Source: Bacilli bacterium (GTDB taxonomy: Bacteria > Bacillota_I > Bacilli_A > RFN20 > CAG-826). From it: a DNA stretch of 64,000 bases. Location: assembly GCA_041652475.1 (NCBI GenBank), contig JBAZHG010000003.1:4656-68655 (forward strand), given 5' to 3'. This document shows positions 44,169-54,077 of the stretch, piece after piece (position 1 is the stretch's first letter; each line of letters starts with the position of its first letter). The notes beneath the pieces are model-generated. The model did not search any database and had not been told where the DNA came from. It saw only the letters and a program-made list of their open reading frames with translations. The translations under genes were made by a program, and so were the position numbers.

Positions 44169-44516
44169 CTATCGGTCGAGCGAGGCCGTGGTGATCACGT
44201 CGACGCCGGTCATAGCTACATTCTCGACGATGACGCTGCCTTTTGGCAATCTTTGATCAACGATTACTTTTTGCAATTCTTTCATGACCTGGGCGATGGA
44301 CGCTTTCGGTATTTCGCCGGAGGTCCGCACGCTGACGAGGGGATGGTCGCTGAAGACGGTGCGGACGCTCGTCGTCAAGGTCCGTTTCGGGTTGGTGATT
44401 TCCTGGCGGCCATAGGCTTCGCCACGCGGACATTGCTGCCCAATGACCTTCATGGTCGTTTCATCGACTTGCAGATGGCAGGAATTGGGACAAACGATGC
44501 AGATGACGTCTTTCAT
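44169..44516 (-). CDS. DUF1667 domain protein
   Basis: CIVCPNSCHL..CPRG Cys pattern. ATGA overlap with the upstream gene. Confidence 0.7.
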   Translation of the reverse strand: MKDVICIVCPNSCHLQVDETTMKVIGQQCPRGEAYGRQEITNPKRTLTTSVRTVFSDHPLVSVRTSGEIPKASIAQVMKELQKVIVDQRLPKGSVIVENVAMTGVDVITTASLDR

Positions 44517-45769
44517 TCGTCGGCCTCCAAACGGATTTCGATAGTTTCCTTAATGGCGTTTTTTGACAAATCGAGCTTCAGCCGTTCCATTTCGGGCGGC
44601 CGGACTTGTTTGTATTTTCGGGTCATGACGGAGACGCCGTCGACCAGTAGCGTCAATTTCTGCTTGGTCAAGCAATCGCGGCTCCGAAAGTAGAAGACGA
44701 CGCCATCGAGCGGCTTATTGACGTCGAGGTGGCTAGGAACGACATACGCCAAGGCCTCGTTCGTTTTGATCGGGATTAGATTACGGGGCGATTGATTATC
44801 TAATGAAGTCGAGGCGGCGGCGATTTCACCGGTTTCTGAAACCATGTCGGCCACGTCACTGACATGAAGGGCGTTCCCGCAGCTAAAGACTCCGGGCACG
44901 AGCGTCTCGAACGTTTGGTCGACGAAAGGGCCTTTGGTGGCCGGATTCAGCGGCACGCCCAGCATTTCGGCCATCTCGTTTTCAGGAATGAGACCGACCG
45001 AAAGGATCAAGGCGTCGCAATCAAGGCGTTTCTCGGTTCCTGGAATCGGACGGAAACGGTCGTCGACCCGGGCTACCTCCACGCTTTCGAGCCGATCATG
45101 GCCAAATACGCGGGTAACCGTCGTTGATAAATATAGCGGGATCGAGAAATCGTCCAGGCATTGGATTAAGTTGCGGGTCAATCCCGAGGGTTGGTTTTTG
45201 ATTTCGTAGACGCCGAGCACTTGTCCGCCTTCAAGCGTAATCCGGCGCGCCATGATGAGACCGATGTCGCCGCTTCCCAGAATCACGCATTTTTTGGTCG
45301 GCATTTGCCCGAGGATATTCATGTAATACTGGGCACTTCCAGCTGTCAAGACGCCGCTCGGGTTGGTGCCATGGATTGCCACTTGTTTGGCGGTCCGTTC
45401 CCGGCACCCGGTGGCCAGAATCAATTTTTGGGCCCGAATCGTTTCAAGGCCCTGGCGAGTGACTAACGAAATCAAGAACAAATCTTCGGATTTCTCGATT
45501 CTCGTGACGAAAGACAAAGTTTTAATCTTCGTGGCGGTTTTTTTGACTTTTTCAATCTCGCGTTCGGCGTATTCGGGGCCGCTCAGCTTTTCTTTATAGC
45601 GCATGAGCCCGAACCCGTCGTGGATGCATTGTTTCAATATGCCGCCGAGCTTGGCTTCCCGCTCGATCAATAAAACGGACTGTTTTCCCGAGGCGGCCCG
45701 ATTGGCGGCGGCTAATCCAGCCGGTCCTCCGCCGATGATGACGATGTCATAAGTTTCCATAAGTGTCAT
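44513..45769 (-). CDS. FAD/NAD(P)-binding pyridine-nucleotide-disulfide oxidoreductase-family protein
   Basis: YDIVIIGGGPAGLAAA and VILGSGDIGL dinucleotide folds. Confidence 0.8.
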   Translation of the reverse strand: MTLMETYDIVIIGGGPAGLAAANRAASGKQSVLLIEREAKLGGILKQCIHDGFGLMRYKEKLSGPEYAEREIEKVKKTATKIKTLSFVTRIEKSEDLFLISLVTRQGLETIRAQKLILATGCRERTAKQVAIHGTNPSGVLTAGSAQYYMNILGQMPTKKCVILGSGDIGLIMARRITLEGGQVLGVYEIKNQPSGLTRNLIQCLDDFSIPLYLSTTVTRVFGHDRLESVEVARVDDRFRPIPGTEKRLDCDALILSVGLIPENEMAEMLGVPLNPATKGPFVDQTFETLVPGVFSCGNALHVSDVADMVSETGEIAAASTSLDNQSPRNLIPIKTNEALAYVVPSHLDVNKPLDGVVFYFRSRDCLTKQKLTLLVDGVSVMTRKYKQVRPPEMERLKLDLSKNAIKETIEIRLEADE

Positions 45770-47474
45770 CCTTGGTGCCCTTCAATATCAAAGGACCGTG
45801 GCCCTTTTTATTGATGTCTCGATAATCAATTTTCAATTCTTCGTGGATGATTTGGGTGACCAAGGGACCGCAGAAGCCGCCTTGGCAGCGGCCCATCCCG
45901 GCGCGAACCCGGCGCTTTATTCCGTCGATCGTGGGGACGACCAAGGGACGATGGAGGGCATCGATGATCTCGCCGCGGGAAATTTCCTCGCAGCGGCAGA
46001 CGATTTGGCCGTAATCGGGATTGGACTTGATTAACTGTTCGCGGGTCGCCGCGTCCATGTGATTGGTGGGCATGGTCACTTTTCTGATTGGATCGAAGAA
46101 GGGATTGACGTTTAAAGATCCGCCGTTCAAGATGGCGACCAACTTGGCGATTTCCTGGGCGATGCCGGGAGCGGCCGTCAGACCCGGGGATTGAATCCCG
46201 GCCGCGTGGATGATGTTCTTAGTCCACTTTCCGATTCGGACGATGAAGTCTTCTTCGTAAGTGGCGGCGCGGATTCCGGCAAAATAGGTAATGACGTCGG
46301 AAGGATGTAAATCAGGAAGCGTTTCCTTGTGTCGTTCGAAGAGTTGGCGCACGCTTTCGGAATCGGTCGAGAAATCCTCGCGCTCGGGCGTTTCATACGC
46401 GGTGGGCCCGATTAAGACGTTGCCGTCGACGGTTGGGATGACCCCGCCGCCCTTGGAGTGGTCTTTTTGCCGATCACTGGCCCCGCGATACATCGAGATT
46501 GAGCGATTGGTGGCCCGGCCGCGGGCTTTCTTGTCTAAAATCAATTCAATGCCCTTGCGTGGATGGATCGTGAAGAATTGGTCGTTGGCCATGGCGGCGA
46601 CTTTGTCGGAAAACGTCCCGGCGGCATTAATGACGATGAATGGGCGGATTGTCCCGCGGTTGGTGGACACTTCAACGATGCGGTCGTCGAGGACCTTCAT
46701 ACCGGTTACGGCGGTGTCCAAACTGATTTTGACGCCGTTTTGAACGGCGTTTTCGGCCAGGGCAATTACCGTTTCATAGGGACAGATTGTGGCTCCGTCC
46801 GGGAAAAAGGCTGCAAATTCGACGTTATTTCCGATGGACGGCACTTCTTCAAGCAAACGATCGTGCTTCCAAATTTCCATGCCATAGATTTGCCGATGCT
46901 TGGCTTTTCGATTGAGCAAGAACATGAAATGCCGCATCCATTTTTTGGAAAAGGCGATGATTTGGCCATTGCGGTGGTAGGGGACTTTCAATTCATCGGT
47001 CAATTGTTTGTAAAGGGGAACAGCCTGACGCAGATACCGGGACTTTTCGGTTTTGACTTTGAGGTCGATGCCGATGTGGATGACCCCGTCGTTGCGGCTG
47101 CTGGCGTGCGTGGCGACGTCGCTTTCCTTGTCGACCAACAAGGTTTTGAGTTCGTACTTCGATAACTCCCTGGCAATGGCGCATCCAATGATGCCCCCTC
47201 CGATGATTAGTACGTCGACTTCAGTTCCTTCAAGCGATTGATCGACGATCGGGGCCATGCGCATCGGCGTTTCGACATGGCCACGGAGTTTAATGCGATT
47301 GACGACGCCTTCGCCTTTGGCTTCCGTGGCTAAAAATCCGGCGGCGACGACTTGCTCATAATCCGACATTTCCCCATCGAGAAAAACGACGTCGTCGCGG
47401 ATGGTCACGGAGACGTCCGGGAAAGCTTCGGCGAAAGATTTTTGCAATTTAAATAGTCTCTTGTCGGATATCAT
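45747..47474 (-). CDS. FAD-dependent glycerol-3-phosphate-dehydrogenase-like oxidoreductase with a BFD-like [2Fe-2S] domain
   Basis: DVLIIGGGIIGCAIA plus CRCEEISRGEI...GRCQGGFC. Confidence 0.8.
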   Translation of the reverse strand: MISDKRLFKLQKSFAEAFPDVSVTIRDDVVFLDGEMSDYEQVVAAGFLATEAKGEGVVNRIKLRGHVETPMRMAPIVDQSLEGTEVDVLIIGGGIIGCAIARELSKYELKTLLVDKESDVATHASSRNDGVIHIGIDLKVKTEKSRYLRQAVPLYKQLTDELKVPYHRNGQIIAFSKKWMRHFMFLLNRKAKHRQIYGMEIWKHDRLLEEVPSIGNNVEFAAFFPDGATICPYETVIALAENAVQNGVKISLDTAVTGMKVLDDRIVEVSTNRGTIRPFIVINAAGTFSDKVAAMANDQFFTIHPRKGIELILDKKARGRATNRSISMYRGASDRQKDHSKGGGVIPTVDGNVLIGPTAYETPEREDFSTDSESVRQLFERHKETLPDLHPSDVITYFAGIRAATYEEDFIVRIGKWTKNIIHAAGIQSPGLTAAPGIAQEIAKLVAILNGGSLNVNPFFDPIRKVTMPTNHMDAATREQLIKSNPDYGQIVCRCEEISRGEIIDALHRPLVVPTIDGIKRRVRAGMGRCQGGFCGPLVTQIIHEELKIDYRDINKKGHGPLILKGTKDDTYGNL

Positions 47475-48040
47475 TTCGAGGACCCGATTTTTTTCACGAG
47501 GGCGATCATGCGCTCCTGGTCCATGCCGGGAATTTCAAGGACGTCATGGACGATGAGCCCATCTATGATTGTAAGAAGCAACCCGGCGAAAGTGTCCGGG
47601 TCCGGGCAATTGGGAAAAACGTTTAGCAGGCCACGTTTGAACTCGCCGCGCCACTCTTGGTATTTCTCGAGATAGCGTTGTTTCAAGGTTTCGTTTTCCG
47701 ACATGCATTGATTGGTGATGAAAACGTGGAGGCGGGCCCGGTTGAACAACTTGACGGCTTTGTAGAAGATGATTTCCAAGAACCGTTCCGGGGTCAAGTC
47801 GGTTTTATGACGTTCAAGCCAGGCGATGTATTCGGTTTTCAGCTCGTCGATGTGGCGCGAGATGATGTCGAAAACAAGATCGTCCTTCGAGGCGTAATGA
47901 TAAAAGAGGGTGCCCGGGCTCAAATGCGTCTCGTTGGCGATGTCGCGAAGCGAAAAATGGTTAATGCCTTTTTGGGCAATCAGCCGTTCCACCGCCTCGA
48001 GTATTTTCTGTTTGCTTTTGCTGCCGAGAGGACGTCCCAT
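47471..48040 (-). CDS. TetR/AcrR-family transcriptional regulator
   Basis: Start taken at MGRPLGSKSKQKILEAVERLIAQKGINHFSLRDIANETHLSPGTLFYHY (HTH). ATGA overlap with the next gene. Confidence 0.85.
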   Translation of the reverse strand: MGRPLGSKSKQKILEAVERLIAQKGINHFSLRDIANETHLSPGTLFYHYASKDDLVFDIISRHIDELKTEYIAWLERHKTDLTPERFLEIIFYKAVKLFNRARLHVFITNQCMSENETLKQRYLEKYQEWRGEFKRGLLNVFPNCPDPDTFAGLLLTIIDGLIVHDVLEIPGMDQERMIALVKKIGSSK

Positions 48041-48247
48041 ATGACCATTTATTCGGTCAACTGACCGATTATTACCTACATTGTAGCACGCCATTTGGCA
48101 AATCAACATTATTTGTGGTCGTCGAGTAAAGAAAACCAATCTTTAAAAGATCGAAACGCCCCCCTAATAGCGATTAGTGGCGAAAATCATCCTCAAACGA
48201 CGCCACAACCGCAAATAATTTCCTATAATATATGCAAGGAGTAACCT

Positions 48248-48748
48248 ATGAAAAAATACTATTTGAAACAAAAAGTGTTTTCCATTCGTGATCGTTACAA
48301 AGTGTTTGACGAAGAACAGATCCTGGCTTACTACTGCGAAGCCAAGATGTTTAGTTTCTCGCATCAGATGGATTTCTTCAAAGCCGAGGACAACGCCCAT
48401 GTCTTCACCATCAAACGGCAACTGTTCTCATTCCTCCCCAAGTATCGGCTCCTGAGACACGACGGCCAGGAAGCGGCCGTGGTCCAAAAGAAATTCGCCT
48501 TGATGAAGCATAGCTTCGACATCACGAGCGAACTCGGCTCCTTGAGGATGGACGGCAACATGTGGGGTTATGATTTCCAAGTGAAATCCGACGCCGGATT
48601 GCTCCTCGAAGTCCATAAGAAATGGCTCTCCTGGGGCGATACATACGAAATCACCATCCACGACGAAAGCAAGACCGACCTTTTGATCGCCTTAGTGCTG
48701 ATGATTGATGATTGCTTGCACGACAATCAAAATTCCGGCCATCGCTGA
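48248..48748 (+). CDS. LURP-one-related / YxjI-like (tubby C-terminal-like fold) protein
   Basis: MKKYYLKQKVFSIRDRYKVFDE... and KKWLSWGDTYEI are typical of the family. Confidence 0.7.
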   Translation: MKKYYLKQKVFSIRDRYKVFDEEQILAYYCEAKMFSFSHQMDFFKAEDNAHVFTIKRQLFSFLPKYRLLRHDGQEAAVVQKKFALMKHSFDITSELGSLRMDGNMWGYDFQVKSDAGLLLEVHKKWLSWGDTYEITIHDESKTDLLIALVLMIDDCLHDNQNSGHR

Positions 48749-48765
48749 GACACTTCGACCGGATG

Positions 48766-48790
48766 AAGCGGGGGTAGCCCCGCTTTTTTT
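48766..48790 (+). terminator. Rho-independent terminator
   Basis: aagcgggg-gtag-ccccgctt hairpin followed by TTTTT. Confidence 0.8.
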
Positions 48791-48818
48791 AATGTTATTT
48801 TATTAAAGAGGTGGTTTT

Positions 48819-50555
48819 ATGAGCAAATTCGTGACCTTCTTGAAACACGCCCTTTGGGAACCCTTCGTTCGCAGTTTCTTCCGTTATACGGAAACCGTCA
48901 GTTTAAGCTTGATTATCGTCGTCTTGACGATTGTTAAAAACGAAACGCGGCTCGAGGTTTTGATTCCGATCATCCGCAGCCTTTGGCTTTTGATGGTGGG
49001 AACCGTCTTGGTGATCATGGTCATCGAGCGTTTCCGTTTGAAGACGATGTGGCGCTATGTCGGGATGGGAATCGCCCTGGCCTTGGCCGTCACCTATTAC
49101 TTCGTGGCGCCCTTGGAGCCGAACGATGCCATTTACTACATGCGCTACTTCAGTTTGATTGGAATCGCCGCCATGTTGGCGCTTTGCGTCCCCTATTTTC
49201 CGAAACGGGCCAATTTTTCGATTTTCGTCCTGTACATCGCCAACAAGTTGTTCGCGACGGCCTTCTATGCCGGAGTGCTGTATGGGTCATTGGTGGCCGT
49301 GTGCGCCGCGATTGAGTCGCTCTTCAGCGTCGAATTAGGCACCTATATTTACATTAATCTGCTCTCGATCGTGATCGGGCTCGTCGCCATCCCGATTTTC
49401 CTCGGGTTCATCCCCAAGATGGATCAAGACATGACCGCGGCTGATTTCCACAAGATTTGGAAGTCGGTTTTCTCGTTCATCATCGTCCCGATCGTCATGG
49501 TGTTTTCGTTGATACTGTTTGTTTACATCGTGACCTCGACTTTCAATCAAAACTATTATCCCGATGTCTTCTTGATTGCCACGATCGGGGTCGGATCCAT
49601 CGGCCTCATGGCTCTTTTCTCCCTCGAGACGATCATCAAGGAAACGCCGCATCTTGCTTTTTATGACCGCTTTTGGCCTTATGTGATGCTGGCGATTTCA
49701 ATCGGCTACATCGTCGAATTGGGTCTTCAGATTGCCTTGACCGGATTCACGATGAATAACGCCGCCTACATTTACCTTGGCATTTGGCTCGTGTTGACGC
49801 TTGTCGGACGCATCGTCAAGAAGCTCTTCAAAGCCTTCAGTTACGGCCAAAGCTTTTTCCTGTCGGTCATCGACACCGTCTTCCTGGTGACGATGTTCCC
49901 GTTTATCAACGTGATCAATATCGCTACCTATCACCATAACGCGGCCATTCGGCGCGTGCTTGAAAAATACGACATGCTCGTGGACGGCCATATCGTCCCG
50001 CGGAGCAATCTCGAAGACGCCGAGGAAGTGGAGATTTCCGAGGTGGTCTACGACAGCTTCGAAGTCGGGATTGAGCGTGTCAAGTACCTGCCGGAGGGGT
50101 TTGAGCTGATCAAGGACTTCCCGGACGTGTTTGGGTTCGAGTTCGCCCTCGACATCGATTCGACCCACTTCACCAACATCTATCTCCAGACCGAGGAAAG
50201 CATCTTCGACCTGGGAGCCATGCCCGCTTACGATCACTTGCTCGAAGTCGAGAACCTGCTGTTTGAAACCGAAACGATCGGAGGCTTGACCTTGACCTAT
50301 GGCCAACATGCCCTGGGAGTCACTGACGGCACCTTTGCCTTCGAGGTCGATTTCACCGACGTGACTTACCATTTTATGAACACGCTTGAAGAACTCACCG
50401 CGGTTTATACCTTGGCCGAACTGGTCTACGAAGACGATACCGCGGAAGTCTCGTTTGCCATGTATTTCAAATATTTCTCGCTCACCTACGGCGAGGATGA
50501 CGGTTCTTTGATGAACCTTAGCGCCCAATTTTACCTCGGCATCAACATCTTATAA
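48819..50555 (+). CDS. Polytopic membrane protein with a C-terminal soluble domain (function unknown)
   Basis: 578 aa with AGAGGTGG upstream. About 10 TM segments, then an acidic domain of about 190 aa. Confidence 0.55.
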   Translation: MSKFVTFLKHALWEPFVRSFFRYTETVSLSLIIVVLTIVKNETRLEVLIPIIRSLWLLMVGTVLVIMVIERFRLKTMWRYVGMGIALALAVTYYFVAPLEPNDAIYYMRYFSLIGIAAMLALCVPYFPKRANFSIFVLYIANKLFATAFYAGVLYGSLVAVCAAIESLFSVELGTYIYINLLSIVIGLVAIPIFLGFIPKMDQDMTAADFHKIWKSVFSFIIVPIVMVFSLILFVYIVTSTFNQNYYPDVFLIATIGVGSIGLMALFSLETIIKETPHLAFYDRFWPYVMLAISIGYIVELGLQIALTGFTMNNAAYIYLGIWLVLTLVGRIVKKLFKAFSYGQSFFLSVIDTVFLVTMFPFINVINIATYHHNAAIRRVLEKYDMLVDGHIVPRSNLEDAEEVEISEVVYDSFEVGIERVKYLPEGFELIKDFPDVFGFEFALDIDSTHFTNIYLQTEESIFDLGAMPAYDHLLEVENLLFETETIGGLTLTYGQHALGVTDGTFAFEVDFTDVTYHFMNTLEELTAVYTLAELVYEDDTAEVSFAMYFKYFSLTYGEDDGSLMNLSAQFYLGINIL

Positions 50556-50569
50556 GGAGAATGCAAAAC

Positions 50570-51567
50570 ATGCTTTTATTCGAACCGATTTCAATCAAAG
50601 GATTGACCCTCCGCAACCGCACCGTCATGGCTCCGATGTGCATGTATTCAGCCCTCGAAGGAGCGAAAGTATCGCCTTTCCATCGGACCCATTACGCCAC
50701 CCGGGCGTATGGAGGCCTCGGGCTCATCATCCAGGAAGCCACCGGGATCGAACCCCGGGGACGGATCACCGACCACGACCTCGGGATTTGGTCCGATGAA
50801 CACATCGAAGGACTGGCCGCCCTCGTCGACGAGGTCCACGCGGCCGGATGCAAGATGGCGATTCAAATCGCCCATGCCGGACGCAAGTCGCGGGCGACCG
50901 GGGAACCGATCGTTTCCTGCACGGAGAAACCGTTCAACGAAAAATATGAAACCCCGCGCGCTTTGTCGATTGAGGAAATCCATCAAGTGGTCGCCGCCTT
51001 CAAAGCCGCGGCCCGACGGGCGCGCTTGTCCGGTTACGACGCGATCGAAATCCATGCTGCGCATGGCTATCTCATCAATCAGTTTCTCTCGCCGATCACC
51101 AACGAACGCCAAGACGAATACGGCGGTTCTTTGCCGAAACGGACCCGCTTCCTGATCGAAGTCATCGCCGCGATCCGAAGCGAATGGACCGGCCCGCTAT
51201 GGGTCCGCCTTTCGGCCGACGAGTACGAGCCGAGCGGCCATCACCTCGAGGAAACCTTGAAAGTCATCGAACTCATCAAGGATGACATCGACGCCGTCAA
51301 CGTCAGCTCGGGCGGGGTCGTCCCCTTCGCCCCGGCGGCTTATCCCGGCTATCAACTGGAGTTTGCCGCCGCCATCAAGAAGATGGGGCTTTTGACTTTG
51401 GGTGGGGCATGATCCAGTCGGTCGATGACGCCGAAAAGGCTTTGCAGGACCATAAAGCCGATTTGATTTATTTCGGGCGGCCGCTCCTACTTCGTCCGAT
51501 GATGCTCCTCGAAGCGGCCAAAACCCATTGCCCGGAATTGATTCCATTCCAGTACGAGCGCGGTTGA
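50570..51567 (+). pseudogene. namA: NADH:flavin oxidoreductase (Old Yellow Enzyme, YqjM/NamA-like) interrupted by a 1-nt frameshift
   Basis: The N-terminal frame runs 50570-51412 (MLLFEPISIKGLTLRNRTVMAPMCMYS...HAAHGYLINQF). The conserved C-terminus GMIQSVDDAEKALQDHKADLIYFGRPLLLRP...IPFQYERG continues in another frame (51409-51567). The break lies in the G-run at 51404-51407. Confidence 0.7.
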
Positions 51568-51577
51568 TGTCCAAATG

Positions 51578-51608
51578 AAAAGCGTTTCTTGACGGAAACG
51601 CTTTTTTT
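51578..51608. terminator. Bidirectional terminator
   Basis: agcgtttc-ttgacg-gaaacgct flanked by A- and T-runs. Confidence 0.8.
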
Positions 51609-51620
51609 ATTGGGACGAGG

Positions 51621-52301
51621 CTATTCTTTCTTCTCGCGTTTGAAGCACATGAACCAGTCGAGGCAGTACATGTCGTCGTCTTGGGATTCCATCCGTTCCT
51701 TGGCGGTGCCGCAACTGCCGGCGGTCGGGACGATCACGTCTTGGCCGGGACGCCAGTCGGCCGGGGTGGCCACGTGGTCCTGGTCGGCTTTTTGAAGCGC
51801 GAGGATGACCCGTTTGATTTCATCAAAGTTGCGGCCGGTCGACAAGGGATAGTACAGCATCAGGCGAATGATGCCCTTGGGATCGATGATGAAGACGGCG
51901 CGGACGGCCTGGGTATTGCTTTGCCCGGGTTGGATCATGCCATAAAGGTTGGCCACTTCCATCCGGATGTCTTCGATCAACGGGAATTTGACTTCGACGT
52001 TCTTGAATTTCTTCCATTTGATGTTCTTGATGGTCCGCAGCCAGGCGATATGGGCGTACAGCGAATCGACCGACAAACCGACCAATTCGGTATTCAGGGC
52101 TTTGAATTCGTCGGCCATCGACGCGAAAGTCATGAACTCGGTCGTGCAGACGGGGGTGAAATCGGCCGGGTGCGAGAACAAGATCACCCATTTGCCTTTG
52201 TAATCTTCGGGGAAATTGATTTTCCCTTGGGTCGTCGTCGCCACGAAATGGGGGGCCGGTTCGCCGATCAGCGGCATGTGATAGACTTTGTTTTCTTCCA
52301 T
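51621..52301 (-). CDS. Peroxiredoxin (Prx6-like AhpC/TSA family)
   Basis: FSHPADFTPVCTTEF peroxidatic-Cys motif. AAGGAG upstream. Confidence 0.9.
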   Translation of the reverse strand: MEENKVYHMPLIGEPAPHFVATTTQGKINFPEDYKGKWVILFSHPADFTPVCTTEFMTFASMADEFKALNTELVGLSVDSLYAHIAWLRTIKNIKWKKFKNVEVKFPLIEDIRMEVANLYGMIQPGQSNTQAVRAVFIIDPKGIIRLMLYYPLSTGRNFDEIKRVILALQKADQDHVATPADWRPGQDVIVPTAGSCGTAKERMESQDDDMYCLDWFMCFKREKKE

Positions 52302-52389
52302 GGTTTTCTCCTTTTTTCATGAAGACGACATCGTTAAATGAATGATCGAAATCATGATTCCTGCTTACATTATATATTCGGATGGGGAA

Positions 52390-52545
52390 TTAGTCTTCGT
52401 CAACGCTCTTCGAGGGGGCGGATTGGCTCTTCTTTCTGGCCCTGATTTTGTCAAAAAGGAAAAGTTTCAGGGCGCCCAATCCGATGACGCCCACGCCGAT
52501 GAGGACCCAGCCCCACCACGGCATCGCTTCAAAAACCACAAACAT
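52390..52545 (-). CDS. Small single-TM protein (51 aa; below the ORF-track cut-off)
   Basis: My translation: MFVVFEAMPWWGWVLIGVGVIGLGALKLFLFDKIRARKKSQSAPSKSVDED. GGAGG lies 7 nt upstream, and the ORF starts 4 nt after the ABC permease stop. Confidence 0.5.
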   Translation of the reverse strand: MFVVFEAMPWWGWVLIGVGVIGLGALKLFLFDKIRARKKSQSAPSKSVDED

Positions 52546-52548
52546 AAG

Positions 52549-53358
52549 TTAACCTCCGTGCGCTTGTTTTTTGGCAAATGAATAGATGGAAAAAACCGCT
52601 AATAGAGCCATGTAGATTCCACCGACGAGCATATAGCCCCAAAAGGGCAAATCGTCGCCCCCGGATGCGTTCAGCGCCGCGTTCAAGAGAGCCTTGACCG
52701 GCCAAAAGTTCGGAGTGACCCCCAAAAGGTATTGCTTCCAATCCCGGAAGGCGTCTAAAAGGACGAGAGCCGGAATCATGACGAGCAAGCCGCCGCTTTT
52801 CATGAAGGCAAAGCCTTCGATCTTGTTCTTGGCGATGGAGGCAATCAAGGTCCCGATCGCCGGCACGAGCAAGGAACCGACCAAGGAGAATATGATTATT
52901 TGCCCATAGGTCAGGTTATCGAAACCGAACGTCATCGAGGCGAAAGTGAAAGAATAAGCCTCGGAAGCCCACCATTTGATGCCCAAAATCAAAAAGAGGT
53001 TGCCGAACACCGACAAGGCATAGGAATATATCGTCTTGAAGATGATGTACCCGGTGACCGACACCGGGGTCACGGCGATGGAATTAATCGTCTTTTCGTC
53101 TTTGTTCTCCAATAATGAAAACCCGAGCAAGGCCCCGGCGATGTAGCCACCGATGGAGATGACCACCACGAAGGTGATCATCATGGTGATGCTGTAAGCC
53201 GGATTGGTATTGCCCAAACCGCCCCGATTGAGGCCAAGCGGCAACAACCAACCGATCAACGCCAACATGAACGCCGGATAAATCAGCATGAAGAAATTCA
53301 TCGGATCGCGGACGATCGTCTTCATTTCATAAGTCAGCAGACGCAGGTATTTCTTCAT
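52549..53358 (-). CDS. ABC-2 type exporter permease
   Basis: Start at MKKYLRLL, with 6 TM segments. The track ORF extension overlaps the upstream permease gene. Confidence 0.7.
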   Translation of the reverse strand: MKKYLRLLTYEMKTIVRDPMNFFMLIYPAFMLALIGWLLPLGLNRGGLGNTNPAYSITMMITFVVVISIGGYIAGALLGFSLLENKDEKTINSIAVTPVSVTGYIIFKTIYSYALSVFGNLFLILGIKWWASEAYSFTFASMTFGFDNLTYGQIIIFSLVGSLLVPAIGTLIASIAKNKIEGFAFMKSGGLLVMIPALVLLDAFRDWKQYLLGVTPNFWPVKALLNAALNASGGDDLPFWGYMLVGGIYMALLAVFSIYSFAKKQAHGG

Positions 53359-53360
53359 AC

Positions 53361-54077
53361 TCAACCCCGGATGGCGTAAGCCTTGAACTTCGGATAAACG
53401 ACGAGGGGATAAAGCACGGAGGGAAAAGCCGCCAGGACGGCAATGCCCAAAGCAATAAACCATCCGTCCTTGGCGACGAAGACGCTTTCAATCAAGTATT
53501 GGGCGGCGAAACTTGGCGATAAGAACGCCAGGTACATGTTGCCGTCGTCGATGATGCCCAAGAGCACCAACAGGACCGGTACCATCAACAAAACGGCCAA
53601 GCCCATGTATTTCATCAGGAAAGACATGAAGTCGACGCTATAAAAAACGATGATGTATCCGAGGGCCACATGGGCCACGGTCGACAAAATGACATAGATC
53701 AAAGCCAAGCCATAATTGATGAAGACTCCATGGACGAGAGCCATCGCCACGCCGACGAGGGCCATCGAAATGATGCCCGACAGCAAGGAAGCGACGATTT
53801 TCGCGCTTAAAAGCTGGGTAATGGACACGGGGGCGACGAACAATGATTTGATGGTGTTTTCCTGTTTCTCGTAATAAAAGCTCGAGGCCAGAAGGATAAT
53901 CGACATCATGCCGGTGTCCATCACCAATAGGAAGGGCATTAAAGCCTTGGCCTCGGTTTCGGCCGATAAGGACAATATCAAAACCCAAATGAGCGAGAGG
54001 GTAATTCCAAACCACATGATCTTGTATTTGAAGAGGCGCACGACTTCGCCTTTAAGCAAGAGAAGCCAGTTTTTCAT
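53361..54077 (-). CDS. ABC-2 type exporter permease
   Basis: 238 aa with 6 TM segments. Its start overlaps the ATPase stop. Confidence 0.7.
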   Translation of the reverse strand: MKNWLLLLKGEVVRLFKYKIMWFGITLSLIWVLILSLSAETEAKALMPFLLVMDTGMMSIILLASSFYYEKQENTIKSLFVAPVSITQLLSAKIVASLLSGIISMALVGVAMALVHGVFINYGLALIYVILSTVAHVALGYIIVFYSVDFMSFLMKYMGLAVLLMVPVLLVLLGIIDDGNMYLAFLSPSFAAQYLIESVFVAKDGWFIALGIAVLAAFPSVLYPLVVYPKFKAYAIRG

